From Alphaproteobacteria bacterium (GTDB lineage Bacteria > Pseudomonadota > Alphaproteobacteria > CADEGL01), in the NCBI GenBank assembly GCA_963583595.1, contig CAUZWC010000001.1, positions 1 to 61,139 of the forward strand: a stretch of 61,139 bases of DNA. Direction: 5' to 3'. This document shows, in pieces, positions 1 to 9,801 of this stretch. The position numbers and the translations under genes were made by a program. The stretch's first letter is position 1. Each line of letters begins with the position of its first letter. The notes beneath the pieces are model-generated. The model had not been told where the DNA came from, ran no database searches, and saw only the letters and a list, made by a program, of their open reading frames with translations.

Positions 1-10
1 CCGCCGGCTG

Positions 11-1795
11 ATGGCGGCCTTTGCCGAGGGGATCGGCCAGGGTCTGGTGCCCGCCATGACCGCAGGGGCGCTCTACCTGTTTTTTATCGGCTTCGATGTC
101 TTGATAGGGCAGTTCGGCGAACTGGTCGAAGGCGCCTGCCTCGCCGTCGTCGTCTTCTCCCTCGCCACGGCTTTGACCCGAGCGACCCTGGCGCCCCGCA
201 TGCCGGTCTGGCGCGTCCCGCCGCTCAACGACGCGACCTGCGCCATGGCCAGCCGGCATCTGACCCTGCTGGCCGCCGTCGTCTCGATCAACCTCTTCAT
301 CCGTTTTGCCCAGGAAGATAGCGTCTCGACCGGTTCATTCGACGCGCTGCATGTCTTGATCGGCGACTCATTCGCCAGCCTGATCATGCTGTCGCTCGTC
401 ACGAGCGGATTGTGGCGCAATGGTTGGATCCCGCGCGCGGCGGCGGCCGGGGAAGCGTCCGAAGCGACGCCTTCGGTGCGGTGCGGCTTGCCGGGCCATT
501 GGCAACTCGTTCGCCTGGCTATGGCGCTGGTGGCGCTCGCCGTGCCGATTAGCGCCCTGTTCCGCTACTACGCCTTGGCCGAGTTTCTCGCGCTTCAGAT
601 GATCGCGACCTCGGGCATGGTCACGGTCGCCTATTTGCTGCATGGAGCGGTTCGCGACGGCTTCGGTTTGCTCTTCGGCGATGCCGATTCCGCACCGCGG
701 CGGATGACGACCATGCTCGGCTTTTCGCAACGCGACGCCAAGCTTCTGCAGTTCTGGAGCCACCTGGCTTTCGATGCGCTTCTGATCGTCGCGGTCATCG
801 GTCTGCTGCTGCCCATCTGGGGCGAGGGCTGGGCCGAGGCCTGGGCCTGGTTGAGCGCGATCTTCACCGAGTTCTCGATCGGCAGCCTGCATGTCTCCCT
901 GACCGATATTTTGCTCGGCATTGTCGTTTTCGTACTCTTCCTCGGGGCCGTGCGGTTCCTTCAGCGCAAGCTGGAAGAACGGGTGCTGCCCAACACGCGG
1001 CTCGATGTGGGCGCCCAGGCGGCGCTGCGCTCCGGCGTCGGTTATATCGGAGTGACGATCGCCGTGCTCGCCGCGATTTCGACGGCGGGCATCGATCTTT
1101 CCTCGCTCGCCATCGTCGCCGGCGCGCTCTCCGTCGGCATCGGTTTCGGGCTGCAGAACATCGTCAACAATTTCGTCTCGGGACTGATCCTGTTGGTCGA
1201 GCGCCCCATCAAGGTGGGCGACTGGGTTGTGATCGGGGCCAACGAGGGCTTCGTGAAGCGGATCAGCGTGCGCGCGACCGAGATCACGACCTGGCAGCGC
1301 TCCTCCGTCATCATCCCGAATTCCGAGATTCTTTCGAACTCGCTCATCAACTGGACGCACAAGGACAATCTCGGGCGGGTCGAACTCAGGGTCGGCGTGG
1401 CCTACGGCAGCGATATCCAGAAGGTCCACGACATCCTGATGGAATGCGCGGCCGAGAACGAAAAAGTGTCGGACTGGCCGAAGCCCTCGGTCCTGTTCAA
1501 GGGCTTTGGCGATTCCTCGCTGGATTTCGAACTGCGCGTCTATCTCGCCAATATCCTGGACTTCATCACCGTCCAGAACGGCGTGCTCTTCGCAATCGAC
1601 CGTCGCTTCCGCGAGGAGGGAGTCGTCATTCCCTTCCCGCAACGCGATGTCCATATCCGTTCGGGCAGCGAATTGCGGGTCGAGACGGCGGGACCCCGGC
1701 CCACGCCCGCAGCCTCCTCGCCGCGGCCTGACGGCGCCGAGAACGGCCCGCCCGAAACCGACATGCCCAGAACCGACACGCCCGCCAAGGAATGA
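11..1795 (+). CDS. Mechanosensitive ion channel, MscS/MscK family (may continue upstream of the window)
   Basis: 594-aa ORF with a multi-TM N-terminal half and an MscS pore/beta-domain signature (GLQNIVNNFVSGLILLVERPIKVGDWV). The frame is open back to the window edge. Its stop overlaps the next start (ATGA). Confidence 0.85.
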   Translation: MAAFAEGIGQGLVPAMTAGALYLFFIGFDVLIGQFGELVEGACLAVVVFSLATALTRATLAPRMPVWRVPPLNDATCAMASRHLTLLAAVVSINLFIRFAQEDSVSTGSFDALHVLIGDSFASLIMLSLVTSGLWRNGWIPRAAAAGEASEATPSVRCGLPGHWQLVRLAMALVALAVPISALFRYYALAEFLALQMIATSGMVTVAYLLHGAVRDGFGLLFGDADSAPRRMTTMLGFSQRDAKLLQFWSHLAFDALLIVAVIGLLLPIWGEGWAEAWAWLSAIFTEFSIGSLHVSLTDILLGIVVFVLFLGAVRFLQRKLEERVLPNTRLDVGAQAALRSGVGYIGVTIAVLAAISTAGIDLSSLAIVAGALSVGIGFGLQNIVNNFVSGLILLVERPIKVGDWVVIGANEGFVKRISVRATEITTWQRSSVIIPNSEILSNSLINWTHKDNLGRVELRVGVAYGSDIQKVHDILMECAAENEKVSDWPKPSVLFKGFGDSSLDFELRVYLANILDFITVQNGVLFAIDRRFREEGVVIPFPQRDVHIRSGSELRVETAGPRPTPAASSPRPDGAENGPPETDMPRTDTPAKE

Positions 1796-2958
1796 CCGCA
1801 ACCGCCCTGACGGCGTCCGAGCGGTGGCGCAGTCTGGCCGCCGTGATGTCCTGCGTCGGCGTGTCGGGCCTGTGTTTCGGTCTGACCTCGCCGCTTCTGA
1901 CGCTGCTCCTCGAACGCCAGGGCGTCGATGCCGTGCTGATCGGCCTCAGCGCCGCGACCTCGGCTCTCGCCGTGCTCTTCGTCGGGCCGCTGGTCCCTGC
2001 GTTGGTCTCCCGCCTCGGCACTTTGGGCGCGCTGTATTCCGCCGTTGCGGTGGCGGTCGCCGCGCTGCTCCTGCTGCCGCTGTTTCCGAACGTCTATGCC
2101 TGGTTCCCGATCCGTTTCGTGCTCGGCGCCGCGATCGCGGTGCAATGGATCGCCAGCGAGATCTGGGTCAACCGGATATCGACCGACGAGGGCCGCGGCA
2201 CCACGGTCGGCATCTACGCCATGCTGTTCGCGGTCGGCTTCGCCATCGGTCCGCTGCTGATCGTCGCTGTGGGCAGTACCGGCTGGATGCCATTCCTGGT
2301 CGCCGCGGGCCTGCTGGCCGCCTCGGTTCTGCCGTTGACCACGGCCCATGGCCTCGCGCCCAGGGTTTCGGCGCGCGGCGGCGGCGGCCTGCTGACGGTG
2401 GCAAAACATGCGCCGCTGCTGCTGGCCTGCGCCTGGACATGCGGTGCCGTCGTCATGTCTGTCGTCGCGCTCTTGCCGATCTACGGTCTGCGCAGCGGGT
2501 TGGACGAGGATGCGGTGGTGGCGATGGTCTCGGTCTTCCTGATCGGCAACGCCGCCCTGCAGTTGCCGATCGGCTGGCTCAGCGCCCGGATACCGCGCCG
2601 GCAGTTGCTGGCCGGCCTCGCCGTATTGGGAATCATCGGCCCGCTGCTCCTGGCCCCGGCCCTGGCATCCGGCTTCGCGCTCTGGGCGCTGCTCTTCCTG
2701 TGGGGAGGCACGGTGATCGGCTTCTACACCGTGGGGCTGGTCGCCCTGGGCGAGCGCTTTCCCGGGTCCCAGATCGCGGCCGCCAACGCCGCCTTCGTCG
2801 TGGTCTTCGAATTCGGCAGCGTGACCGGGCTGGCCCTGACTGGGGCCGCGCTCGCGGCCTGGACGCCCCACGGTCTCGTGGTCGCCCTGGCCGGAATCTG
2901 TGTCCTCTTCCTCGCGCTGCTCGCCCTTCTGCGCCGGGCGGGCGAACCTGGAGGCTAG
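1792..2958 (+). CDS. MFS transporter, substrate unknown
   Basis: 388-aa ORF that is hydrophobic throughout, with about 12 predicted TM stretches and MFS-like loop motifs. The ATGA start overlaps the stop of the upstream channel gene. Confidence 0.75.
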   Translation: MTATALTASERWRSLAAVMSCVGVSGLCFGLTSPLLTLLLERQGVDAVLIGLSAATSALAVLFVGPLVPALVSRLGTLGALYSAVAVAVAALLLLPLFPNVYAWFPIRFVLGAAIAVQWIASEIWVNRISTDEGRGTTVGIYAMLFAVGFAIGPLLIVAVGSTGWMPFLVAAGLLAASVLPLTTAHGLAPRVSARGGGGLLTVAKHAPLLLACAWTCGAVVMSVVALLPIYGLRSGLDEDAVVAMVSVFLIGNAALQLPIGWLSARIPRRQLLAGLAVLGIIGPLLLAPALASGFALWALLFLWGGTVIGFYTVGLVALGERFPGSQIAAANAAFVVVFEFGSVTGLALTGAALAAWTPHGLVVALAGICVLFLALLALLRRAGEPGG

Positions 2959-4562
2959 CTCGCAACGCGGATGGCGGCGGCTTTCACGCCGTCATCCACA
3001 TGGCTTTCAAACTCGCCAAAATTCGCCTCGAACCGCTGCGCGACCTCGCGCGCCATCTCGTCATAGGCGCCCTTGTCGGCCCAAGTGCTCTTGGGATTCA
3101 GAACTTCTGCCGGCACGTCCGGGCAGGCTTCGGGCACATGGAGACCGAAGGTCGGGTCGGGCGATGTGGCGACCTCGGCCAGGCTGCCGTCGAGGGCGGA
3201 TCGGACCATTGCCCTTGTGTGGGCGATCTTCATACGCTTGCCCACGCCGTAAGCGCCGCCCGTCCAACCGGTATTGACCAACCAGCATTTGGCGCCGCTT
3301 TTCGCGATTTTCTCGCCCAGCAGCTTGGCGTAGACGGCGGGATGGCGGGGCATGAAGGGGGCGCCGAAACAGGTTGAGAAGGTCGCCTGGGGTTCGTTGA
3401 CCCCCTTTTCCGTGCCCGCGACTCGCGCGGTATAGCCGGACAGGAAGTGATACATCGCCTGTTCGGGCGTCATCCGGCTGATCGGCGGCAGGACGCCGAA
3501 GGCATCGGCGGTCAGCATGATCACGTTCTTGGGGTTGCCGCCCATCCCGGTCGCGCTGGTGTTGGGAATGAAGTCGATCGGATAGGAGGCCCGGGTGTTC
3601 TCGGTATAGGTCGCGTCGTCGAGATCGAGCATGCGGGTTGCCGGATCGACCATGACATTCTCGAGGACTGTGCCGAAACGCTTGGTCGTCGCATAGATCT
3701 CGGGCTCGGCCTCGGCCGAAAGGCGGATGACCTTAGCGTAGCAGCCGCCTTCGAAATTGAACACGCCATTATCGGACCAGCCATGCTCGTCGTCGCCGAT
3801 CAGGGTGCGGCTCGAATCGGCCGAAAGGGTCGTCTTGCCCGTTCCGGACAGGCCGAAGAACACGGCGCAATCGCCGCTCGGCCCGATATTGGCCGAGCAA
3901 TGCATCGGCAGGACGCCCCGCTCCGGCAGCAGATAGTTAAGGATCGAGAAGACGCTCTTCTTGATCTCGCCGGCATAGGAGGTGCCGCCGATCAGCACCA
4001 GCCGCTCGGCATAGTTGACCAGGACGAAGACCTCGGAGCTCAAGCCGTCGGCTTCGCCTCCGCCGTGGAAACCCGGCGCCTGGATGACGGTGAATTCGGG
4101 TTCGAAACTGGCGAGTTCCGCCTGCGGCGGCTGGATGAACATGTTGCGCGCGAACAGGTTGTGCCAGGCCGATTCGGTGACCACCCGGACTTTCATGCAA
4201 TAGTCCGAATCGGCGCCGGCATAGCAGTCCTGAACGAACAGGTCGCGGTTCTGGAGATAGGCCAGCATGCGCGTCCGGAGGCTCTCGAAACGCGCCGGGT
4301 CGATCGGCCGGTTGACCTTGCCCCACCACACGCCGTCGCGGCTATCGGCGTCCTTGACGATGAACTTGTCGTTGGGCGAGCGGCCGGTGTGCTGGCCGGT
4401 TCGTGCGACAAGTGGGCCGCCCTGGGCCAGCACGCATTCGCCCCGCCGGATCGATTCCTCATAAAGCGCGGCGGCTTCGAGATTCCAGTAAACGTTCCGC
4501 GCATTGCGTAGGCCATGGTTCCCGAGCCCGTACTCGCTCGATACGGGGCCTAGATTCTCCAC
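2955..4562 (-). CDS. pckA: Phosphoenolpyruvate carboxykinase (ATP)
   Basis: Full-length similarity to ATP-dependent PEPCK, including the kinase-1a P-loop [14 protein letters not shown] placed the start at GTG 4562, 5 nt after a GGGAGG Shine-Dalgarno. The track ORF begins at TTG 4577. Confidence 0.95.
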   Translation of the reverse strand: MENLGPVSSEYGLGNHGLRNARNVYWNLEAAALYEESIRRGECVLAQGGPLVARTGQHTGRSPNDKFIVKDADSRDGVWWGKVNRPIDPARFESLRTRMLAYLQNRDLFVQDCYAGADSDYCMKVRVVTESAWHNLFARNMFIQPPQAELASFEPEFTVIQAPGFHGGGEADGLSSEVFVLVNYAERLVLIGGTSYAGEIKKSVFSILNYLLPERGVLPMHCSANIGPSGDCAVFFGLSGTGKTTLSADSSRTLIGDDEHGWSDNGVFNFEGGCYAKVIRLSAEAEPEIYATTKRFGTVLENVMVDPATRMLDLDDATYTENTRASYPIDFIPNTSATGMGGNPKNVIMLTADAFGVLPPISRMTPEQAMYHFLSGYTARVAGTEKGVNEPQATFSTCFGAPFMPRHPAVYAKLLGEKIAKSGAKCWLVNTGWTGGAYGVGKRMKIAHTRAMVRSALDGSLAEVATSPDPTFGLHVPEACPDVPAEVLNPKSTWADKGAYDEMAREVAQRFEANFGEFESHVDDGVKAAAIRVAS

Positions 4563-4711
4563 ACTTAATCCTCCCAAATCGACGGACCCGGCCGCTTCTC
4601 CTCACTCTGGTGAAGCGCCGGGTCGGCTGTCCGTGGAATTGCGGCGCATGCGGCCGGTTGAGGGGACCATAGCTAGCACCGGTTGGACCGGCAACCGTAT
4701 GTGGCGCAATC

Positions 4712-5450
4712 CTAGGCCGCGCCTGGTGCGTCGCTCTGTCGTGCCGCCTTGGCCAGGGCGGCGAGGGTGTTCCGCGCCGCACCAGGACCGTCGACCGGCG
4801 CTTCGAAACCGAGCCGCGCGACCTGCCTGTCGCGCCGCAGGTCGCAACCCTCGGGGTCGATTCCCGTCATGCGCCAGGTGCCGTCGCCCAGGCCCAGCAG
4901 GCCGGTGGCATAGGCTTCCAGCGCATCGGCGTGATCGGCGTTCATGTGTTCGACGATGCCCGCCTCGGTCGCCGCCAACGCGGCATGGCCTGTCGTGTCG
5001 AAGAGCAGCGCCGAGGCCTCGATCCAGGATATGCGGCCGAAGCCGGCGACCAAATGGGCTCGCTCCGGGGTCATCCGGTAGAGCCGGAAATCGTCGAAAC
5101 CGGCATAGCCGGCCGCGCAACGTCGCGCGCGCGCCGGTCAGCGGGTCCTCCAGGCCGGCCGTGGCGTCGAACAGCAGGGCCGCGCGATCATCCGCCTTGA
5201 GCGCCCTGGTGTGGGCCGCGAGATCGGACAGGAGCAGCAAGGGGCGCCCGACATGATCGGTCGCGGCCAGGACGAGCGAGGCATAGGGCCAACCCAGAGA
5301 CTCATCCGTGCCATCCGACATGTTGGTGCCCAGGCTTGCCGTGGTGGCTTGCCGCATGACACCGCGCGCCGTCGCGCCGGGCGCCTCCTGGGCGGCTAAT
5401 ACCCGATCATTTGTCGTCACAGCGCCCCTCGAAGGTCGAATTACCGCCAC
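4712..5450 (-). pseudogene. HugZ-like / pyridoxamine-5'-phosphate-oxidase-related FMN-binding protein with DUF2470 C-terminal domain, frameshifted
   Basis: The N-terminal half (GWPYASLVLAATDHVGRPLLLLSDLAAHTRALKADDRAALLFDATAGLEDPLTGARATLRGR) lies in the frame of ORF 4602..5450. The C-terminal half (AGYAGFDDFRLYRMTPERAHLVAGFGRISWIE...NADHADAL) lies in the frame of ORF 4712..5074. The frames switch near 5108-5116. Confidence 0.7.
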
Positions 5451-5533
5451 ATTCCGGGCCTTCCATCCGGGATATGGTCAATATCACCGCAACGCATACA
5501 TACTGTAGTCCCGCTCATGAAGGAGGCGAAGCC

Positions 5534-6235
5534 GTGCGCCGCACCATCGCGCTGGTCGATGACGATCAGAACATTCTTGCTTCCGTCGCCATGGCGTTGG
5601 AAGCTGAAGGTTACGACGTGCGCAGCTATCCCGACAGCGAGAACGCCCTGCGCGATATCACCCAGCGCCCGGTCGACATCGCGGTGCTCGATATCAAGAT
5701 GCCGCGCATGGACGGGATGGAATTGCTGTCCCGCCTGCGCCGCACTTCGAATCTGCCGGTGATCTTTCTGACCTCGAAGGATGACGAGATCGACGAGATG
5801 CTCGGCCTCAAGATGGGCGCCGACGACTACATCACCAAGCCCTTCTCCCAGCGCCTCCTGGTCGAACGGATCCGCGCCGTCCTGCGGCGCGCCGATGCGG
5901 GCGAAGCCGGGGGCGACGGGCGCGAGGGCGACGGCACCCTGGTGCGCGGCGATCTGGTGCTCGACGATTTGCGTCATCACTGCGCCTGGCGGACCGAAAC
6001 GGTGAATCTGACGGTTACCGAATTTTTGATCCTCAAGGCTCTCGCCGTGCGACCCGGCCATGTCAAAAGCCGCGACCAACTCATCGACGCCGCCTATGGC
6101 GAGAACGTCTATGTCGATGACCGCACGATCGACAGCCATATCAAGCGGTTGCGCAAGAAATTCAAGGACATCGACGATGACTTCGTCCAGATCGAGACTC
6201 TGTACGGCATCGGCTACCGCTACAGGGACGGCTGA
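5534..6235 (+). CDS. chvI: OmpR-family response regulator ChvI
   Basis: Receiver domain ([10 protein letters not shown]...[14 protein letters not shown]...ADDYITKPF) plus a winged-helix C-terminus ([10 protein letters not shown]). GTG start at 5534 with AGGAGG at 5521. Sits in the classical position between pckA and chvG. Confidence 0.9.
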   Translation: MRRTIALVDDDQNILASVAMALEAEGYDVRSYPDSENALRDITQRPVDIAVLDIKMPRMDGMELLSRLRRTSNLPVIFLTSKDDEIDEMLGLKMGADDYITKPFSQRLLVERIRAVLRRADAGEAGGDGREGDGTLVRGDLVLDDLRHHCAWRTETVNLTVTEFLILKALAVRPGHVKSRDQLIDAAYGENVYVDDRTIDSHIKRLRKKFKDIDDDFVQIETLYGIGYRYRDG

Positions 6236-6252
6236 AGGCCGTCGGCGGAGGG

Positions 6253-7914
6253 ATGGACGCCGGACCCAGGGAGCCGCGCACGCTGGAAGCTTCGGCGGAG
6301 GTCGCCGACGAGGGTGCTGATTCGGCCCGACGCAAGAAACTGCGCCGCCGCCTGATCTCGCCACTGACCCGCCGCGTTCTGGCGATCAACGTGATGGCGC
6401 TTGCCATTCCGGTGGCCGGTCTTCTGTATCTCGACGAATACAAGGCCGGCCTGGTGGACGCGGAATTCGTCGCCTTGCGCACCCATGGCGAGATCGTCGC
6501 GGGCGCCCTGGCGGAGGGCGCGGTGACCACCGGTCTGTCCGGCAAATCCGAATTCCTGGTCGAACGGACGCGCCAGATGGTGCGCCGTCTGGTCGAGCCG
6601 ACCCGGGTGCGCGCGCGGTTGTTCCACACCGGCGGCGCGCTGATGGCTGACAGCCGCATGTTGATCGGATCCGGCGGGGTGGTGAAGGTCGAGGACCTGC
6701 CGCCACCCAGCCCCCCCGACGGGGTGACGGAGCCTATCGTCGATATCTACGAGACGGTGGCGACATGGTTCCGCACCAACGACGATCTCGAACGCTACCG
6801 CGAGTTTTCGGAACAACGCGCCCAGCAATATGCCGAAGTCCAGCGTGCCCTCCTGGGCGAACCGACGCGCGCCCTGCGCCGTGGCCAGGACGGCACCCTG
6901 ATCCTGGGCGTCGCGCTGCCGGTCCAGCGCTATAAGAAGGTCATCGGTGCGCTTTATCTGACCGCGGACAGCCAGGAGATCGATGCGACGATTCGCGGCG
7001 TCCGCTTCGACGTGCTCAAGATCTTCGCCTTGGCCCTGGCGGTGACGGTGATGCTTTCGCTCTATCTGGCGGGCACCATCACCCGGCCGGTGCGGCGCCT
7101 CGCCGAAGCCGCCGATCTGGTGCGCCGGGGCCATGGCCGTCTGCACCGCATTCCTGATTTCTCCGGGCGCCGGGACGAGATCGGCGACCTGGCCTCGGCC
7201 CTGCGCGAGATGACCGACGCCCTGTGGACTCGGATGGACGCGATCGAGCGATTCGCGGCCGATGTCGCCCATGAGATCAAAAATCCTCTCTCCAGCCTGC
7301 GCAGCGCGGTCGAAACCGTGGCCCGGGTGAAGGATCCCGACCAGCAGCGCCGCCTGATGGCCATCATCCAGGACGATGTCGCCCGCCTGGACCGGCTGAT
7401 CACCGATATTTCTGGCGCCTCGCGCCTCGATGCCGAATTGAGCCGGGAGGAGACGGTGCCGGTCCAGATCGACCGCCTGCTCTCGACCCTGGTCGATATC
7501 CACAACGAAACCGGCGGCAAGGACGACCCGCGCCTGATCCTCGATCTCGCCCCCGGCGCCAAGCTGCGGGTGCGCGGCCTGGAGGAGCGCATGGGCCAGG
7601 TCTTCCGCAACCTGATCGTCAACGCCGTTTCCTTCAGCCCGCCCGGCGGCATCATCCGCGTCTCCGCGACCCGCGAGGGCGGGGTTGTTGTCGTCGAGGT
7701 CGAGGATACCGGGCCCGGCATTCCGGAAAACCGCTACGAGGAGATTTTCGACCGCTTCTATTCGGAGCGGCCGAGCGGCGAGAAATTCGGCACCCATTCT
7801 GGCCTCGGCCTCAGCATCTCGCGCCAGATCGTCAATGCCCATGGCGGGACGATCCGGGCGGAGAACCGGGCCGAGGGCGGCGCGCGTTTCATTGTCCGCC
7901 TGCCCGCCGGCTGA
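6253..7914 (+). CDS. chvG: Sensor histidine kinase ChvG/ExoS
   Basis: 553 aa with TM segments, HAMP, H-box (FAADVAHEIKNPLSSL) and N/G boxes (NLIVNAVSFSP, DTGPGIP, GLGLSISRQIV). GGAGGG lies directly upstream of ATG 6253. Confidence 0.92.
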   Translation: MDAGPREPRTLEASAEVADEGADSARRKKLRRRLISPLTRRVLAINVMALAIPVAGLLYLDEYKAGLVDAEFVALRTHGEIVAGALAEGAVTTGLSGKSEFLVERTRQMVRRLVEPTRVRARLFHTGGALMADSRMLIGSGGVVKVEDLPPPSPPDGVTEPIVDIYETVATWFRTNDDLERYREFSEQRAQQYAEVQRALLGEPTRALRRGQDGTLILGVALPVQRYKKVIGALYLTADSQEIDATIRGVRFDVLKIFALALAVTVMLSLYLAGTITRPVRRLAEAADLVRRGHGRLHRIPDFSGRRDEIGDLASALREMTDALWTRMDAIERFAADVAHEIKNPLSSLRSAVETVARVKDPDQQRRLMAIIQDDVARLDRLITDISGASRLDAELSREETVPVQIDRLLSTLVDIHNETGGKDDPRLILDLAPGAKLRVRGLEERMGQVFRNLIVNAVSFSPPGGIIRVSATREGGVVVVEVEDTGPGIPENRYEEIFDRFYSERPSGEKFGTHSGLGLSISRQIVNAHGGTIRAENRAEGGARFIVRLPAG

Positions 7915-7930
7915 GCAGCCGGATCTTGCC

Positions 7931-8410
7931 ATGTTTACAGCGATGCCGCCGGACCTCCAATCGACAGACAACTCGGAAAGCCAGCAGATTCACGGCACCG
8001 CCATCGTCCTGGATGGATACGGCATCCTGTTTTGCGGCCCCTCGGGGGCCGGCAAGCCCGATCTCGCCCTGCGCCTGCTCGATCGCGGGGCGCGCATGAT
8101 CGCGGATGACCGGTGCGATCTGCGCTGCTGGGCCGGCCGTCTCTTCGTCTCCGCCCCGGCAACGATCGCCGGACGGTTGGAAGTGTGTGGCCTGGGCATC
8201 GTCGAGGTTTCCGCGGTCGAAGTGGCGGCGCTCGACCTCGTCGTAGACCTAATTCCACGGGCGGATGTGCCGCGCTTGCCCGAACCTGTCGTCAGGACTT
8301 ATCTCGGCATATCCCTGCCGCTCCTCCGCCTGGCGCCGTTCGACGCCTCGACGCCGGCGAAGCTGGCCCTTGCCGCCGCCCGGGTTGCGCACCTAGTTAA
8401 TGGGTCGTGA
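7931..8410 (+). CDS. hprK: HPr kinase/phosphorylase, short alphaproteobacterial form, with atypical motifs
   Basis: IHGTAIVLDGYGILFCGPSGAGKPDLALRLLDRGARMIADD...GRLEVCGLGIVEV matches the HprK/P C-terminal catalytic domain. The Walker A ends GKP rather than GKS/T, and the signature reads EVCGLGI rather than E(I/V)RGxGI. Confidence 0.85.
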   Translation: MFTAMPPDLQSTDNSESQQIHGTAIVLDGYGILFCGPSGAGKPDLALRLLDRGARMIADDRCDLRCWAGRLFVSAPATIAGRLEVCGLGIVEVSAVEVAALDLVVDLIPRADVPRLPEPVVRTYLGISLPLLRLAPFDASTPAKLALAAARVAHLVNGS

Positions 8411-9333
8411 TGGAGGGTGAGACGCAGCCGATGTCTGACGCAGAAGCCGCCGCCGACCGGCCAGCCGGGCGCAGCCGGATCGTGTTCGTGACAGGGGTGT
8501 CGGGCGCGGGCAAGAGTTCGGCGCTCAAGGCGCTCGAGGATATCGGCTACGAGGCGGTCGACAATCTGCCGATCTCCTTGATCGCAGGCCTCCTCGCTGT
8601 TGAATCGATCGAGGGGCGCGGCCTTGCCGTCGGCATCGACGTCCGCACCCGCGATTTCAATGTCGGCGCCTTCCTCGATCAACTCGAAACCCTGCGCGCC
8701 CTCGACCGGTTCGAAATTCATCTGGTTTATCTCGACTGTGACGACGACGTTCTCCAGCGGCGCTTCGCCGCCAGCCGGCGCCGCCATCCCCTGGCGCAGG
8801 ACCGGCCGGTGGCCGACGGCATCGCGCGCGAACGGGTCATCAGCGCGGGGCTGCAGCGTCGCGCCGATATGGTGATCGACACCTCGGGTATCCCCCTCGG
8901 TGCCTTGCGCGCGCTCCTCGCCGACCGCTTCGCCCAGCCGCTATGCGACGTTCTCAGCCTGTTCGTCGTCTCCTTCTCCTATGGCTATGGCCTGCCGCGC
9001 GAAGCGGATCTGGTTTTCGATGTGCGCTTTCTGCGCAATCCGTATTACGACCCGGCGCTCAAGGACCTGACCGGCTGCGACCCCGAAGTCGGCGCCCATA
9101 TCGAAGAGGACCCGGGATTCGAGCGCTTTTTCGACACTCTCCGCACGATGCTTGGAGATCTGCTGCCGCGCTTCGAGGACGAGGGTAAGACCTATCTGAC
9201 GGTGGCCTTGGGCTGCACGGGCGGGCGTCATCGCTCCGTTTACGTTGCCGAGCGTCTCTCTGCATGGCTGAGTGGCATGGGGCGCAAGGTGCATTTGCGC
9301 CATCGCGATCTGGGTCGGCCGACGGCCGATTGA
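8407..9333 (+). CDS. rapZ: RNase adapter protein RapZ (YhbJ, P-loop NTPase)
   Basis: VFVTGVSGAGKSSALKALEDIGYEAVDNLP and a C-terminal GCTGGRHRSV motif. The start overlaps the hprK stop (GTGA). Alternative starts are ATG 8410 and ATG 8431. Confidence 0.9.
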   Translation: MMEGETQPMSDAEAAADRPAGRSRIVFVTGVSGAGKSSALKALEDIGYEAVDNLPISLIAGLLAVESIEGRGLAVGIDVRTRDFNVGAFLDQLETLRALDRFEIHLVYLDCDDDVLQRRFAASRRRHPLAQDRPVADGIARERVISAGLQRRADMVIDTSGIPLGALRALLADRFAQPLCDVLSLFVVSFSYGYGLPREADLVFDVRFLRNPYYDPALKDLTGCDPEVGAHIEEDPGFERFFDTLRTMLGDLLPRFEDEGKTYLTVALGCTGGRHRSVYVAERLSAWLSGMGRKVHLRHRDLGRPTAD

Positions 9334-9393
9334 GACGCCGGCCCGACCGAGCTCGGGTCCTGCAAGCGGCGCACAGCGCACGGGTGGGATGCA

Positions 9394-9801
9394 ATGATTG
9401 GAATGGTTTTGCTCACCCATGGCCGCCTCGCCGACGAATTCATCGCGGCGTTGGAACATGTCGTCGGCCCGCAGCAGCGCGTCGCCGCCGTCTGCATCGG
9501 TCCTGACGACGATATGGAAAAGCGGCGCTGGGATATCCTCGACCGCATCGCGGCCGTCGATGACGGGCAGGGCGTCGTCCTGCTCACCGATATGTTCGGC
9601 GGCACACCCTCGAATCTCGCCATTTCCGTCATGGATGCGGGGCCCGAGGTCGAGGTGATCGCCGGCGTGAATCTGCCGATGCTGATCAAGCTAGCCAGCC
9701 TGCGCGAAGGCGGTCTGGCCGAGGCCGTCGCGGCGGCGCAGGAAGCGGGGCGCAAATACATCAATGTGGCCTCGGCCCTGCTCGGCGAGGGAGGCGGATG
9801 A
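9394..9801 (+). CDS. manX: PTS EIIA component, mannose/fructose family
   Basis: 135 aa. The N-terminal MIGMVLLTHGRLADEF carries the phosphorylatable His of EIIA(Man). Usual position after hprK/rapZ. Confidence 0.88.
   Translation: MIGMVLLTHGRLADEFIAALEHVVGPQQRVAAVCIGPDDDMEKRRWDILDRIAAVDDGQGVVLLTDMFGGTPSNLAISVMDAGPEVEVIAGVNLPMLIKLASLREGGLAEAVAAAQEAGRKYINVASALLGEGGG

Noticed and set aside
368-1801. 477-aa ORF antisense to the mechanosensitive channel gene. Similar very long antisense or out-of-frame ORFs include 1506..3377(+), 14843..16960(-), 17192..18637(-), 17473..20316(-), 22358..24304(+), 27396..28655(+), 28876..30360(+), 48763..51996(-), 57381..58538(-) and 59463..60899(-).
   Set aside because: The translations are Arg/Gly/Ala/Pro-rich and low in complexity, with no recognisable motifs. 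Each lies opposite or out of frame to a gene with strong family signatures. This is the expected stop-codon depletion of a high-GC genome.
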